DNA of 64,000 nucleotides from a virus. The notes beneath the pieces were generated by a model. It had not been told where the DNA came from, searched no databases, and saw only the letters and a program-made list of their open reading frames with translations. Of this stretch, positions 40,665 to 49,554 are shown in pieces (positions within the stretch are counted from its first letter, which is position 1; each line of letters begins with the position of its first letter). A program made the position numbers and the translations under genes. The stretch lies in IMG/VR virus record IMGVR_UViG_3300020050_010026, positions 3,980 through 67,979 of that record. One strand, 5' to 3'.

Positions 40665-41231
40665 TTACCAATCAGTTGCTGGAGCTTGAGTTGAGTCAGT
40701 TGATGGTGCATCTGCTTCAATTCTTTCCATTAAATCTGCTGGTTTTTTAGCTAATCTTGAAACTGTTGTATCAGAAGATTCAACAAAATCAAAATATCTA
40801 AGTCCTAAATATTTAGAAGCTTTTTGTGTAGTACCATAAGTAACAAACACATTAACTGTTTTACCTTCACAGTTTTGTCTAATTAAAGAAAATAAATAAT
40901 CAACTACCTCTTTAGCTGTATCTTTATTTTCAAAAACAAAATCTTTTGGTAATACAGATTTAGCAATTGATAAGATTCTACCAATTGTCCATCCTTCTAA
41001 ATCTTTATTTCTTTTTTCATCAAATAAAGGATTTGCAACAGGATAATAAAATCCTACATTTACATCTCCAATAGCATCTGAAAATACCACCTTATAATCA
41101 GGTGCGTTATCTGGATCTACTGCTGTTTTTTTATTTACAGCAACTTTTACGTTATTAACTTTTCCTGCAATTCCATTATTGAAAATTGCAACACTTCCAT
41201 CAAAACTCTTATCATTTAAGTTAAAACTCAT
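40665..41231 (-). CDS. ssDNA-binding protein, putative (T7 gp2.5-like: acidic C-terminal tail ending in an aromatic residue)
   Basis: 188 aa. C-terminus …ERIEADAPSTDSTQAPATDW. Sits between primase/helicase genes in the replication module. Confidence 0.3.
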   Translation of the reverse strand: MSFNLNDKSFDGSVAIFNNGIAGKVNNVKVAVNKKTAVDPDNAPDYKVVFSDAIGDVNVGFYYPVANPLFDEKRNKDLEGWTIGRILSIAKSVLPKDFVFENKDTAKEVVDYLFSLIRQNCEGKTVNVFVTYGTTQKASKYLGLRYFDFVESSDTTVSRLAKKPADLMERIEADAPSTDSTQAPATDW

Positions 41232-41264
41232 ATATTCTTTCTTTTTTTAAATTATTTTTTGGCT

Positions 41265-41298
41265 TATATAAAAAAGTAAGTTTTTTACAGAAACTTAC
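41265..41298 (-). terminator. Intrinsic terminator-like hairpin downstream of the P-loop ATPase gene
   Basis: gtaagttt-tttacag-aaacttac (8-bp stem, 41276-41298), followed on the minus strand by a T6 run. Confidence 0.45.
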
Positions 41299-41332
41299 AA
41301 AACTGCTCGTTAATAGTCAGACTAAATAACTA

Positions 41333-42097
41333 TTATTCTATAAAAATTTTTGACCAATCAATGGTTAGTTTACCATCTTTATCAGATTCAATTAATGTTA
41401 TAGTTTGATTCTTCAAATGATCAGGTCTAGACCCTACAATTAAAGATTCTGAAGGTGCAAAATTTACTAAAGTTTTATTATCATCACGATATACATAACC
41501 TATTGCATCTACCTGAGAACATAGTATAGATGCTATTTTACCAGTTAATGCTAATCCTCTAGATTCCATTTCTTTTCCCTCTTTTTCAACAAACTTGGCT
41601 TTAAGGTGTCCTAAAATAATTAAGGTATCACACAAAGGTTCTATTTCATTTAAAATAACATCCATTGCTTCTCTAAGATATTGATAACCAGCTCCATTTG
41701 GTAGCTTAGTTACGTCTTCTCCAGTCCAATTTCTTCCCATTGGTGTTTTACGATACAAAATGTTTGCTAATTCCAATGCAATATCTTCTAATGCAGATAC
41801 AGTATCTAAAGTGATAAACTTATAAGTATAACCTCCTTTTTTTTCATTGGATTCTCTTATAGTATTAATTATTTCTTTTAACACTGTTAAAGGTGTTTTG
41901 TTGTTATCTCTTGCGAGTTGTAACACATTTATTTTTAAAGCATCTAAAAATTCAGAACCATTTTCTAAATCTAAAATAAGGTTGTTTTCTAAAGCAGCAA
42001 CTGCTGTAGTTTTACCTGATTTAGGATTTGAAAATAGAATAATTTTTTTAGGATTTACTCTAGATGCTTTACTTTTTTGTGTAGGTAATTCAATCAT
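41333..42097 (-). CDS. P-loop NTPase (RecA-like / AAA_24 Sak4-like ATPase), putative
   Basis: Walker A KIILFSNPKSGKTTAVAAL near the N-terminus. Walker-B-like CDTLIILGH. About 250 aa, a size typical of phage Sak4-type ATPases. Confidence 0.45.
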   Translation of the reverse strand: MIELPTQKSKASRVNPKKIILFSNPKSGKTTAVAALENNLILDLENGSEFLDALKINVLQLARDNNKTPLTVLKEIINTIRESNEKKGGYTYKFITLDTVSALEDIALELANILYRKTPMGRNWTGEDVTKLPNGAGYQYLREAMDVILNEIEPLCDTLIILGHLKAKFVEKEGKEMESRGLALTGKIASILCSQVDAIGYVYRDDNKTLVNFAPSESLIVGSRPDHLKNQTITLIESDKDGKLTIDWSKIFIE

Positions 42098-42133
42098 ACA
42101 TTTTTCTTCCGTCCATATACCACCACTATTAAA

Positions 42134-42383
42134 TTATTTTCTAATACTTTTTATAAAATTACACACTTTATGTAATTTTTCACCATCATTTGGTAAAGGT
42201 AGTTCTTTAAAATAATTTACTGCACCATCAAAATATAATGGACAAATAGTTCCACCACCGCCTTCTCGTCCTCCTAAGATTTCAAGGAATCTAATATTAT
42301 CTTTAAAAAATGTAACATCATAACCTAAATACTCTGGTATTTCATGTCTAAAAGGTGAAAACAATCCAACAACAACATTGGCC
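42134..42383 (-). CDS. DnaB/gp4-like replicative helicase, exon C (3' exon)
   Basis: ANVVVGLFSPFRHE…EILGGREGGGGTICPLYFDG aligns to DnaB …DADLIMFIYRDE…IIIGKQRNGPIGTV. The ORF caller's 'M' is a TTG coinciding with the intron omega-G, so it is not a real start. Confidence 0.6.
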
Positions 42384-43366
42384 AATATGTTATCTCATAG
42401 GCTCTTTATCCTATGATTCTATATGTTACCATATAGTTCAGACTATATCTTCAGTACCGTGTACTGCTGGGATTTCGTGGATATATTATATTCTGTAATA
42501 AATGTGAGAGCCTCACACTTTTGATTGTTTTACTCGACACATACTTTTCGTATTGGTTTATATCAGCCAAACGCCTGCATCAGGTTCTACTCTCACATTA
42601 TTACAGTTTCAATATCTAGTCGTTCGACCTTCTATAATCATTTAAATTATAGCTTGGTACGGGATTGTCCTATTAGGATATTCCCCGTTTAACCCAGTTA
42701 CGTGACACATTTATTTTGGAAGTTTATATAACATTGTAGGATGTATATGTTCAATAACTAATTCTTTAAATGTATTATAAAATTTAGCAGGAAGATAAAT
42801 TTTATTATCTGACATTATATTAAAACGAATTTTAAATTTATCAAATAAAAAGTCTATAAAATCTTCAAGTTCTATTTTATTAAAACAATTTGTAGAAATC
42901 ATTATTGAATGAGATGTTTTATAACCATCATCCATAAACATTACAGCTAAAGATAATTCATTAAAATAGGAATATATCCCTTTAGATATAACCTTTTTTT
43001 TATCTTTATAAAACATGTGATACAACTGTAATAATTCTTTTTTATTACAAGTTTCTAAAGTAGCAGACGTATAAAACTTACCATTTCTTTTATCTGGTGT
43101 TTTTCTTGTCCATATTTTAAATTTTGGAGATAATGATTGAATCATTTCTTTTTTCCATTCACAATATTCTGCTTGTTTTGGACCATGATCACATTTAAAT
43201 CTTGGGTTTATACATGCTTTATCAATTCTTAAATGACCATCTCCTAAGACGCATCCTATTAAAAATTGAATTTCTTTTTTAGGTAAATTCATATTTTATA
43301 TATTTTAAAATACAAAGATACAAAAAATATTCCACATTTCCTAATGTTTTTTAACTTTTTTTGCCT
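42384..43366 (-). mobile_element. Group I self-splicing intron (983 nt) carrying a LAGLIDADG homing-endonuclease ORF
   Basis: Minus-strand core elements: P4/P5-like ACGGGGAAT…AATCCCG; P7 5' GGTCGAACGACTAG; P7 3' GAAGATATAGTCTGAAC (the conserved 'AAGAUAUAGUC' S element). Exon 1 ends in U (…CAACGTGAT|). Omega-G at 42384. Joining restores …ETQRD-ANVVVGLF…, co-linear with DnaB. Confidence 0.75.
42711..43292 (-). CDS. LAGLIDADG homing endonuclease (double-motif, intron-encoded)
   Basis: Two LAGLIDADG motifs: LIGCVLGDGHL and LAVMFMDDGYK. Located inside the group I intron. Confidence 0.8.
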   Translation of the reverse strand: MNLPKKEIQFLIGCVLGDGHLRIDKACINPRFKCDHGPKQAEYCEWKKEMIQSLSPKFKIWTRKTPDKRNGKFYTSATLETCNKKELLQLYHMFYKDKKKVISKGIYSYFNELSLAVMFMDDGYKTSHSIMISTNCFNKIELEDFIDFLFDKFKIRFNIMSDNKIYLPAKFYNTFKELVIEHIHPTMLYKLPK

Positions 43367-44056
43367 ATCACGTTGGGTTTCTTTGTTTCCAGCTAGACCA
43401 TCTAATGTTGGTTTTAATTTGTTATATTTTTTATTTTCAATTGATTCTTGAGCAGCAGCTTGTTGTTGTATAACGACAGGTATGTATTTGAATCTATTAC
43501 GAAGTTTAATTAAATAATCTGAACTTAATTTTCCTATTGATTCATGTAATGTCATAGGTATTCCCGTATCATAATTTTTTTCAGGACTAATAAGTCCAAT
43601 ATGATCTATCATTACAATTACATATTCCTCAGGATTATTAGGTTCATAATAATCTTCAACTTCTATTGCTTTACCTTCTATAGTAATAGTTCTATAATGA
43701 ACTTTACCATTAGCTAAAGCATATTTTCGTACTAAATTGTAAATGCCGTATGGATTTCTCACATCATCGACAAATTCAACAATTTCTTCAATCTTATTAA
43801 AATATTCTTTATATTTTTCTATTACTTCTAAAACTTCTTGAGGTAAAATATTATCTGCTTTTGTACTTTTTAATTGAGTTGGACTCAATCTAATACCTTC
43901 TTTAATATATAAAATATTAGAGAATGCTGACAACATCTTTTCTTCTTTACTAATTTCTAATGTAAAATAGAATATTTTTAATTTAATATCTAAGTTATTA
44001 TCAATTACTTGTTGAATTGTATTGTATAAAAATAAGTAATCTGCAATTTGTGTTTT
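43367..44056 (-). CDS. DnaB/gp4-like replicative helicase, exon B (middle exon)
   Basis: The frame is open from a TAA at 44060-62. KTQIADYLF…IFYFTLEISKEEKMLSAF aligns to DnaB GKT-TFAMNL…LIFSLEMPSEQIMMRSL (H1a). YVIVMIDHIGLI is Walker B/H2. SIGKLSSDYLIKLRNRFKYIPVVIQQQAAAQ aligns to EISRSLKALAKELNVPVVALSQLNR (H4). The ATG at 43936 is an internal Met. Confidence 0.65.
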
Positions 44057-44071
44057 CGTTTAATAAAATTA

Positions 44072-44527
44072 TCATATTAAACATTGTTCTTCTGAAAAGC
44101 CCATTAATCCCATTAAATCATAATAAGAATATTTTCCTTTCCCTTTATTATTTAGTTTTGATTCACTATTATTATAATTATATAAATATTTATATTTATT
44201 ACTTGAATTCGACATATATATGATATTCATAAATACCCATTTATTTATATCAGTACAATATAATAATTTTAATTTTTTATTGTATCGTAATAGTTTTTCA
44301 ATTTGTTTAGCTAAATGTTTTTCTGAACAATTTGGATAATATGTTTTAATTACAGTGTGTAAATCTTCAAAACTTCTATTTGCTTGAAAACACTGTGTTT
44401 CTGTTAAATTAATATCAAAGTAAGTTTTTTTAAATTTAAAATCTACTTTGTTCATTTGATAACATTTTTTTAAAAACGTAGTAACTCTTTCTCCCTTTTT
44501 TCTTTCTACATCTACGTATAATTTCAT
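44072..44527 (-). CDS. hypothetical protein, family 1 (paralog of 46034-46462); intron-associated
   Basis: Shares …TETQCFQANRSFEDLHTV…LLYCTDINKWVF…YSYYDLMGLMG with the paralog …TIEQCKSTANRSITDLHRI…LVWCTQINKPVL…YSLKDYEEIMKK. Confidence 0.45.
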   Translation of the reverse strand: MKLYVDVERKKGERVTTFLKKCYQMNKVDFKFKKTYFDINLTETQCFQANRSFEDLHTVIKTYYPNCSEKHLAKQIEKLLRYNKKLKLLYCTDINKWVFMNIIYMSNSSNKYKYLYNYNNSESKLNNKGKGKYSYYDLMGLMGFSEEQCLI

Positions 44528-44550
44528 TTTCTATAATTTAATAATTAAAT

Positions 44551-45156
44551 TTATTGTTGATTTATAATACCATACCATAATTTAATTTGATTACCGGAAT
44601 TTGGATTAAAAAACCATTCACTATTTGATGTTGATTCTTCATCTAAAATTGTATAATAATCTTCAAAATCTTCTTGAAAATTTGTTGAAAACATCCACAT
44701 TCCTTTAGAAGTTTCTCTATCTATCCAATAGTTTATAACTTTTAAAAATAATGCTTGTTTTAATTCAAGTAAATCATCTTCATCGGTATTTACAAATTCA
44801 TCATTTTCAATATGATTTATTAAGTTATTAAGACCTTCAAATCTAACAATTCCACAAGAAAACTCGTTATTAGAATTTCTAGTTAAATTTACAGTTGTTA
44901 CTTTATCAATATTATTGATATCTATATAACTTAATTGATTATTTTGATAAACTATTGAATTTATACAATCCAATTCGGTTCTTAATATAGGTGTTGGTAT
45001 TGTAGAAGGTTCATCTTCAAATAATGATGAATGAAATCTTACGTTTTTACCATTATCATTAATGATTCTAATATAATCATCTTCTTCTAATAACACTTCG
45101 TAGATTTTACCTTCTGTTAATTTATAGTTTTTAGCGTTTTTGCAAATTTTATTCAT
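44551..45156 (-). CDS. hypothetical protein (intron-internal ORF)
   Basis: 201-aa ORF immediately 3' of the internal group I core; no recognisable nuclease motif. Confidence 0.4.
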   Translation of the reverse strand: MNKICKNAKNYKLTEGKIYEVLLEEDDYIRIINDNGKNVRFHSSLFEDEPSTIPTPILRTELDCINSIVYQNNQLSYIDINNIDKVTTVNLTRNSNNEFSCGIVRFEGLNNLINHIENDEFVNTDEDDLLELKQALFLKVINYWIDRETSKGMWMFSTNFQEDFEDYYTILDEESTSNSEWFFNPNSGNQIKLWYGIINQQ

Positions 45157-45184
45157 TTAATTTCTAAATTTAATATTTATATTT

Positions 45185-45300
45185 ATAGTCTAGACTATCT
45201 CATCATCCCATAAGGATGCCGGACGCTGTGGACTGATCGTAATCTTCCTAGTCGTTACACCTTCATCAGTCTTCCCTGAAGCTTGGCACGGTATTATCTA
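45185..45300 (-). ncRNA. Group I intron catalytic-core-like element (P6-P7-P8-P7'-P9), homologous to the core of the LAGLIDADG intron
   Basis: Minus strand: CCGTGCCAAGCTTCAGGGAAGACTGATGAAGGTGTAACGACTAGGAAGATT…GATGAGATAGTCTAGACTAT. Parallels TACCAAGCT…GAAGGTCGAACGACTAGATATT…GAAGATATAGTCTGAACTAT of intron 42384-43366. GC-rich island between two ORFs. Confidence 0.55.
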
Positions 45301-45987
45301 CTTAAAAACATGAAGTAAATATTTTTCAGCAGCTTTAAAATCTTTTGCTTTTAAAAAATTAAAAATAATTTTCTTTTCTTTTTTAAAATTTGAAGATGTT
45401 TTATAATCAAAAATATTATTATACAAACCATTCGTTTTCATATGATATTCTCCAAATATATTTTTAAAACTTTTTAAAGTTTTATATGGTTTATTAAGAT
45501 ATATTTTAGGACTATATCCAGAAGGATCGTAAAATCCATCCATACTTATATTATAATATGGTATTATTGTTTGTAAATTATTAAAATCATATTCTTTTGA
45601 ATTATAATAATGAGATAGTAAAAATGCATTTTGTATTTTTACACCTTCTTTATTCATAATTAAAGTATCTTCTAATATTTTTTTAATATTTTTATATCTA
45701 ACATATCTACAAATTCTAAAGAAAAAAATTTGTTGAGTTTCAAATTCACTTTCAAATTCAAAACTATTTTTTCTAACATTTGTTATTTTTGTTTTAAATC
45801 TAAATTTTTTAATAATTTTAATCAACAAAGATATATCGGTTTCATCATCTGAATAAAATAAATGTTTTAATCCTTCTTTATATCCATTACCACAAGACAT
45901 ATTTTGAATATAATAATTACAATTTAACATTTTTTCACCTCTTATTTTGTAAGTACCACTTTTTAATTTTCTTAAATATTTATTCAT
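45298..45987 (-). CDS. hypothetical protein (intron-internal ORF)
   Basis: 229-aa ORF whose stop abuts the group I core element. Confidence 0.4.
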   Translation of the reverse strand: MNKYLRKLKSGTYKIRGEKMLNCNYYIQNMSCGNGYKEGLKHLFYSDDETDISLLIKIIKKFRFKTKITNVRKNSFEFESEFETQQIFFFRICRYVRYKNIKKILEDTLIMNKEGVKIQNAFLLSHYYNSKEYDFNNLQTIIPYYNISMDGFYDPSGYSPKIYLNKPYKTLKSFKNIFGEYHMKTNGLYNNIFDYKTSSNFKKEKKIIFNFLKAKDFKAAEKYLLHVFK

Positions 45988-46033
45988 TTTTTAAATAGAT
46001 TTTCACCGTTTTCATCCGGTTTAATAATAATTA

Positions 46034-46462
46034 TCATAATTTTTTCATAATTTCTTCATAATCTTTTAAGGAATAACCATCTACTCCTTTTTTAGTAAAA
46101 TAATTATCTTTACTATACTTACTTATCCATTCAGAGGTTTTATTATTTACAAATTTTAAAACTGGTTTATTTATTTGAGTACACCATACCAATATAATTG
46201 ATTTGTCCTCATCCATAAATTGTTTTACAATTTTAATAACTTGTTCTAAACTTGTTTTTGGAAATCTAGATTGTACTATTCTATGTAAATCTGTAATACT
46301 TCTATTAGCTGTTGATTTACATTGTTCAATAGTACATTCTGGATCTGAATAAGAAATGTAAGCTTTACCTCTTAAAAAATACCTAATAAATTGTTTTCTT
46401 GTACTAGTTAAAGGTATGCTATTTAAAGAAACATAAATTAATTCTTGATTGTTTTGATTCAT
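46034..46462 (-). CDS. hypothetical protein, family 1 (paralog of 44072-44527); intron-associated
   Basis: See the paralog alignment under 44072-44527. Confidence 0.45.
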   Translation of the reverse strand: MNQNNQELIYVSLNSIPLTSTRKQFIRYFLRGKAYISYSDPECTIEQCKSTANRSITDLHRIVQSRFPKTSLEQVIKIVKQFMDEDKSIILVWCTQINKPVLKFVNNKTSEWISKYSKDNYFTKKGVDGYSLKDYEEIMKKL

Positions 46463-46537
46463 GTTTTTATATTTTTTTTTATTTTGTAAAATTATTATTT
46501 TTACATCTAAATATTACTATTTAGCTGGGCAAAATTT

Positions 46538-46715
46538 TACCCACTTTACTATTTGCAGTCACATTATAATATTTTCCTTGTTCTATACCTGGATTTTCTT
46601 CTTCAAATCTAGGTAATCCCCAAGGAATACAATTTATTTTACCTGAAAGAATTCTTTCACGTCGCTCTACTAAAGTGTTAAACACTCTACTGTATAAACT
46701 ATTTTGTTCTGTCAT
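46538..46715 (-). CDS. DnaB/gp4-like replicative helicase, exon A (5' exon; ends inside Walker A)
   Basis: MTEQNSLYSRVFNTLVERRERILSGKINCIPWGLPRFEEENPGIEQGKYYNVTANSKVG(K) corresponds to DnaB …TG(F)xxLD…GLxPGDLIIVAARPSMGK and T7 gp4 …VIMVTSGSGMGKS. The ORF runs 4 codons past the GK into the intervening sequence before a stop. Confidence 0.55.
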
Positions 46716-46718
46716 AAA

Positions 46719-47303
46719 TTATTTAAGTTGTGAAGTCCAATTGTCAGTTACTTTTGTATCTATCTCGTCAATAAAAGCACTCAATCTTGAACTTTCTTCT
46801 TTACCATCTTTTTTATAAATAAAATAATCAGCTTGTTGTAAATAAGTTAAACTATTTAAAGAATTTATATATATATCTGCAGCTTTAAGTATTTGTTGTG
46901 GTGAATATGTAGGATTTTCTTGCATCCATCTTTTCATTTTCTCTTTACAAGTACTTAAACTACCCATACTTCCAGGTTTTAAACCTTTCCATTTATTTCT
47001 AAATTCTTCAATAAATTCATTTAATTCATTATTAACGAGTCGTTCTGATTTTCTTATTTCTTTTTTGTTTTTAACAGAATTTATTTTTTCTATTAATAAT
47101 AATTCTATTAATAAATTACCTTTTTCACGAATAATTATTTCATTTTCAGTAAGTTTTATAAATTGTTTTTGTTGTAAGGAATCTAATATATTAGATTCTA
47201 CTTCTAAGTTTTCATACAAATGTATTAAACCTAGAAATTCATTAATAGAAATATTCTGTTCTTTCAATACTTGAAAATCAAGTATGTAAGAATTTTCTAT
47301 CAT
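46719..47303 (-). CDS. hypothetical protein (194 aa) immediately upstream of helicase exon A
   Basis: ORF in a compact array; could encode an N-terminal accessory domain. Confidence 0.4.
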   Translation of the reverse strand: MIENSYILDFQVLKEQNISINEFLGLIHLYENLEVESNILDSLQQKQFIKLTENEIIIREKGNLLIELLLIEKINSVKNKKEIRKSERLVNNELNEFIEEFRNKWKGLKPGSMGSLSTCKEKMKRWMQENPTYSPQQILKAADIYINSLNSLTYLQQADYFIYKKDGKEESSRLSAFIDEIDTKVTDNWTSQLK

Positions 47304-47513
47304 TTAATCTGATTTTATGAATAATAATTCTTCATTTTTATCAATTCTCCATAAATCCCAAACATCATCTCCTTTATTATAAGGTCCATTTTGTTTGTTA
47401 TGAACTTTTAATTCATTAGATAAACTAGAATCTTCAGACATATTATTATATAAGGCAACTTGCATATTTTCAGGATATTTCTTTAATTCTTCAATTAATT
47501 CAATAACAGTCAT
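47304..47513 (-). CDS. hypothetical protein
   Basis: Small ORF in a compact array. Confidence 0.3.
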   Translation of the reverse strand: MTVIELIEELKKYPENMQVALYNNMSEDSSLSNELKVHNKQNGPYNKGDDVWDLWRIDKNEELLFIKSD

Positions 47514-47515
47514 AA

Positions 47516-47911
47516 TTAATTCATTGTTGGTGTGAAATATCCTTGTTTAAAAGCTATCCAATCACCAGATTCTACAATTCTTTCTTTTGGTATATCATTT
47601 ACATAAATATACACACTTGCTTCACCATAAGGTGTTTCAATAGGTATTTTATCATAAAATGTATTATTACCACCAGGAGTATATCCTTCAAGTCGATCTA
47701 CTCTTTCAGCAGTTTTTTCATCTACTTCATATACTTCCATTGTTACAGATGTATTACCATCTTTTTTTAATCCAGGATAAAAACCTAAATCATAAAGACT
47801 AAATTCTGGATTAGTTTGAAAATCTCCTAAATAATTAGAGGTTGATAATAAATGATCATTACCCATCCCTTTCCTGAGGCTACCATACACCGATATTAAT
47901 ATTTTTTTCAT
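47516..47911 (-). CDS. Gamma-glutamyl cyclotransferase-like (GGCT/AIG2 family) protein, second copy
   Basis: YGSLRKGMGNDHLL…LGDF…YDLGFYPGL…VTMEVYEVDEKTAERVDRLEGY…YGEASVYIY is a classic AIG2/GGCT YGSL…EVY…D…EG layout. Confidence 0.55.
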   Translation of the reverse strand: MKKILISVYGSLRKGMGNDHLLSTSNYLGDFQTNPEFSLYDLGFYPGLKKDGNTSVTMEVYEVDEKTAERVDRLEGYTPGGNNTFYDKIPIETPYGEASVYIYVNDIPKERIVESGDWIAFKQGYFTPTMN

Positions 47912-48306
47912 TTGTTTTTTACTATTTCTATTAATTTTTTAAGACATTCAAGTTCTGCTTCTTCGTATGTTTTAAATATGGTATTTTCATTTTCTTCCAT
48001 ATAAGGAATCAGAATAACTTCTCTATATCCATAACCATCCATTTGAATATTTTTACAAATAATATAATGTAATCCATACTTCTCTCTAAAAAATCTGAAT
48101 GCTTGTTGATAAAGTGGTGCTATAATACAATATTTAGTTTGATTAATTGGGTCAATATCAGCATTAAAAGGATTTTCAGTACTTATATGAAAATATCCAT
48201 CTTTATAGTGTTTATTATTAATACTATAAAAACCAATACAAGGCTCATCAAATCCTAATTCTTTTAAAGCTAATGCTTCTACATAAGGTATAAAATCTTT
48301 ATTCAT
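47908..48306 (-). CDS. hypothetical protein
   Basis: ORF in a compact array. Confidence 0.4.
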   Translation of the reverse strand: MNKDFIPYVEALALKELGFDEPCIGFYSINNKHYKDGYFHISTENPFNADIDPINQTKYCIIAPLYQQAFRFFREKYGLHYIICKNIQMDGYGYREVILIPYMEENENTIFKTYEEAELECLKKLIEIVKNK

Positions 48307-48317
48307 ACTCTTTTATC

Positions 48318-48539
48318 TTAACGATATTGTTTTTTACCACATTTTATACAACTTGAAACTCTTACTTTATTGTTGTAAATTAATTCTGAATCGAACATGT
48401 GTTCACAAATATTAACTTTATAAATAGGTTCTAATATTTTCATTTCATTATAAAAATTTTGTAAATCCATCATCAACTTATCATCTTCAGGATATGAAGA
48501 TTTTATTCTATTTATATATTTATTTATTATGTTATTCAT
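48318..48539 (-). CDS. hypothetical protein (Cys-rich)
   Basis: Small ORF; C-x…CIKCG pattern. Confidence 0.3.
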   Translation of the reverse strand: MNNIINKYINRIKSSYPEDDKLMMDLQNFYNEMKILEPIYKVNICEHMFDSELIYNNKVRVSSCIKCGKKQYR

Positions 48540-48724
48540 AATATAAATTTTGTAAATTTCTTTTGTATTCTGGCATTGTTATATCTTCAATATTATTTAT
48601 TATTTCTAATATTGGGAATAGAAAGTATAATAATTTCATTATTTATTATTTTTAGAATCGTTTAATACTCTTTCTCTTACAGCTCCAGATAAAAATCCAA
48701 TCATAAAAAAGATTAATCCGATAG

Positions 48725-49021
48725 TTATTTTTTCATACATAGTGCTTTATTTTTAAATTGTTCAAACCATTTATTAAAATCGACTTCTACCCAATCTTGA
48801 TATCTATTCGACCATTCTCTACTGCTGGTATAAAATGCCTCTATAATATCGTCTTTAGTAAACATTTTCTTGTCTTGTTCTTGTTGCCATTTAGCACCAG
48901 CTATGAAGTCTTGTTTAGCTGATTCTACTAATTCATTTGCTTTTACTGCATTAGAAAAAGTATTTCTTTTAATTCTCCATCCATAGTTTTCAGCAGCTTC
49001 TTCAAGTGTTTCTTGTTTCAT
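48725..49021 (-). CDS. hypothetical protein
   Basis: ORF in a compact array. Confidence 0.35.
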   Translation of the reverse strand: MKQETLEEAAENYGWRIKRNTFSNAVKANELVESAKQDFIAGAKWQQEQDKKMFTKDDIIEAFYTSSREWSNRYQDWVEVDFNKWFEQFKNKALCMKK

Positions 49022-49554
49022 AGTTTATTTTTACGGTTATTGATCATTGCTTCTCTGACTAAGGGTGCTATGTGTGGAAGTTTTAGTATTTTTACTAGTT
49101 CCTCTTCACTACCAGCTTCTTTTACTAATTCATCCCAAGACAAAATTTCTTGTTTAGGTTCTAGAGGACCACAATCACAATAACTTGTGTGACCGCAATA
49201 GCATTTTGTTTTAGGTTCTTCTTTTGGAATGATTATTTCGTAATTATAATAATCAAATTCAGGATAATCTGTTTCATCTCTTGATTCTTTAAGAATTATC
49301 ACACTATTTATTTCAACTTCCTCACAACTTGGATTCTTAACAATCCATTGAAGAAATTCATCATCAATAGCTTGTACACCATCTTTGATTAGCAATTTAT
49401 TAGTAGTAAGTATTACTTTATAAGCATTCTGACCATTTCTATTCCTTAGAATATCTCCAGTAAATGAACACCTTGCCCATATTCCATTTTGAGTAACTTT
49501 ATCATTATTGTCTATTATGTATAACTCATTTTGTATTTTGTATAAATTCTTCAT
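49018..49554 (-). CDS. hypothetical protein
   Basis: ORF in a compact array; Cys cluster CYCGHTSYCDCG. Confidence 0.4.
   Translation of the reverse strand: MKNLYKIQNELYIIDNNDKVTQNGIWARCSFTGDILRNRNGQNAYKVILTTNKLLIKDGVQAIDDEFLQWIVKNPSCEEVEINSVIILKESRDETDYPEFDYYNYEIIIPKEEPKTKCYCGHTSYCDCGPLEPKQEILSWDELVKEAGSEEELVKILKLPHIAPLVREAMINNRKNKL

Larger units (their letters stand above)
44057..46537 (-). mobile_element. 2.48-kb intervening sequence splitting the helicase Walker A motif (between G-K and T); putative large/complex group I intron containing four ORFs and an internal group I core
   Basis: Exon A ends …YNVTANSKVG(GT). Exon B begins AAA ACA CAA (K-T-Q), giving ANSKVGKT-QIADYL. The 5' flank has an IGS-like GCCCA 9 nt into the interval, able to pair with the exon TGGGU|. 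The interval ends …TTAAACG| (G before exon B). Confidence 0.45.

Noticed and set aside
42383-42386. 'Start codon' of the 83-aa ORF 42134-42385
   Set aside because: It is a TTG that coincides with the intron omega-G/exon junction. The piece is a 3' exon of the helicase, not an independent gene.
43934-43936. ATG start of the 215-aa ORF 43289-43936
   Set aside because: The frame is open 43 codons further upstream and encodes DnaB motif H1a. This Met is internal. The ORF's last 25 codons (…KKLKNIRKCGIFFVSLYFKIYKI) are intron read-through.
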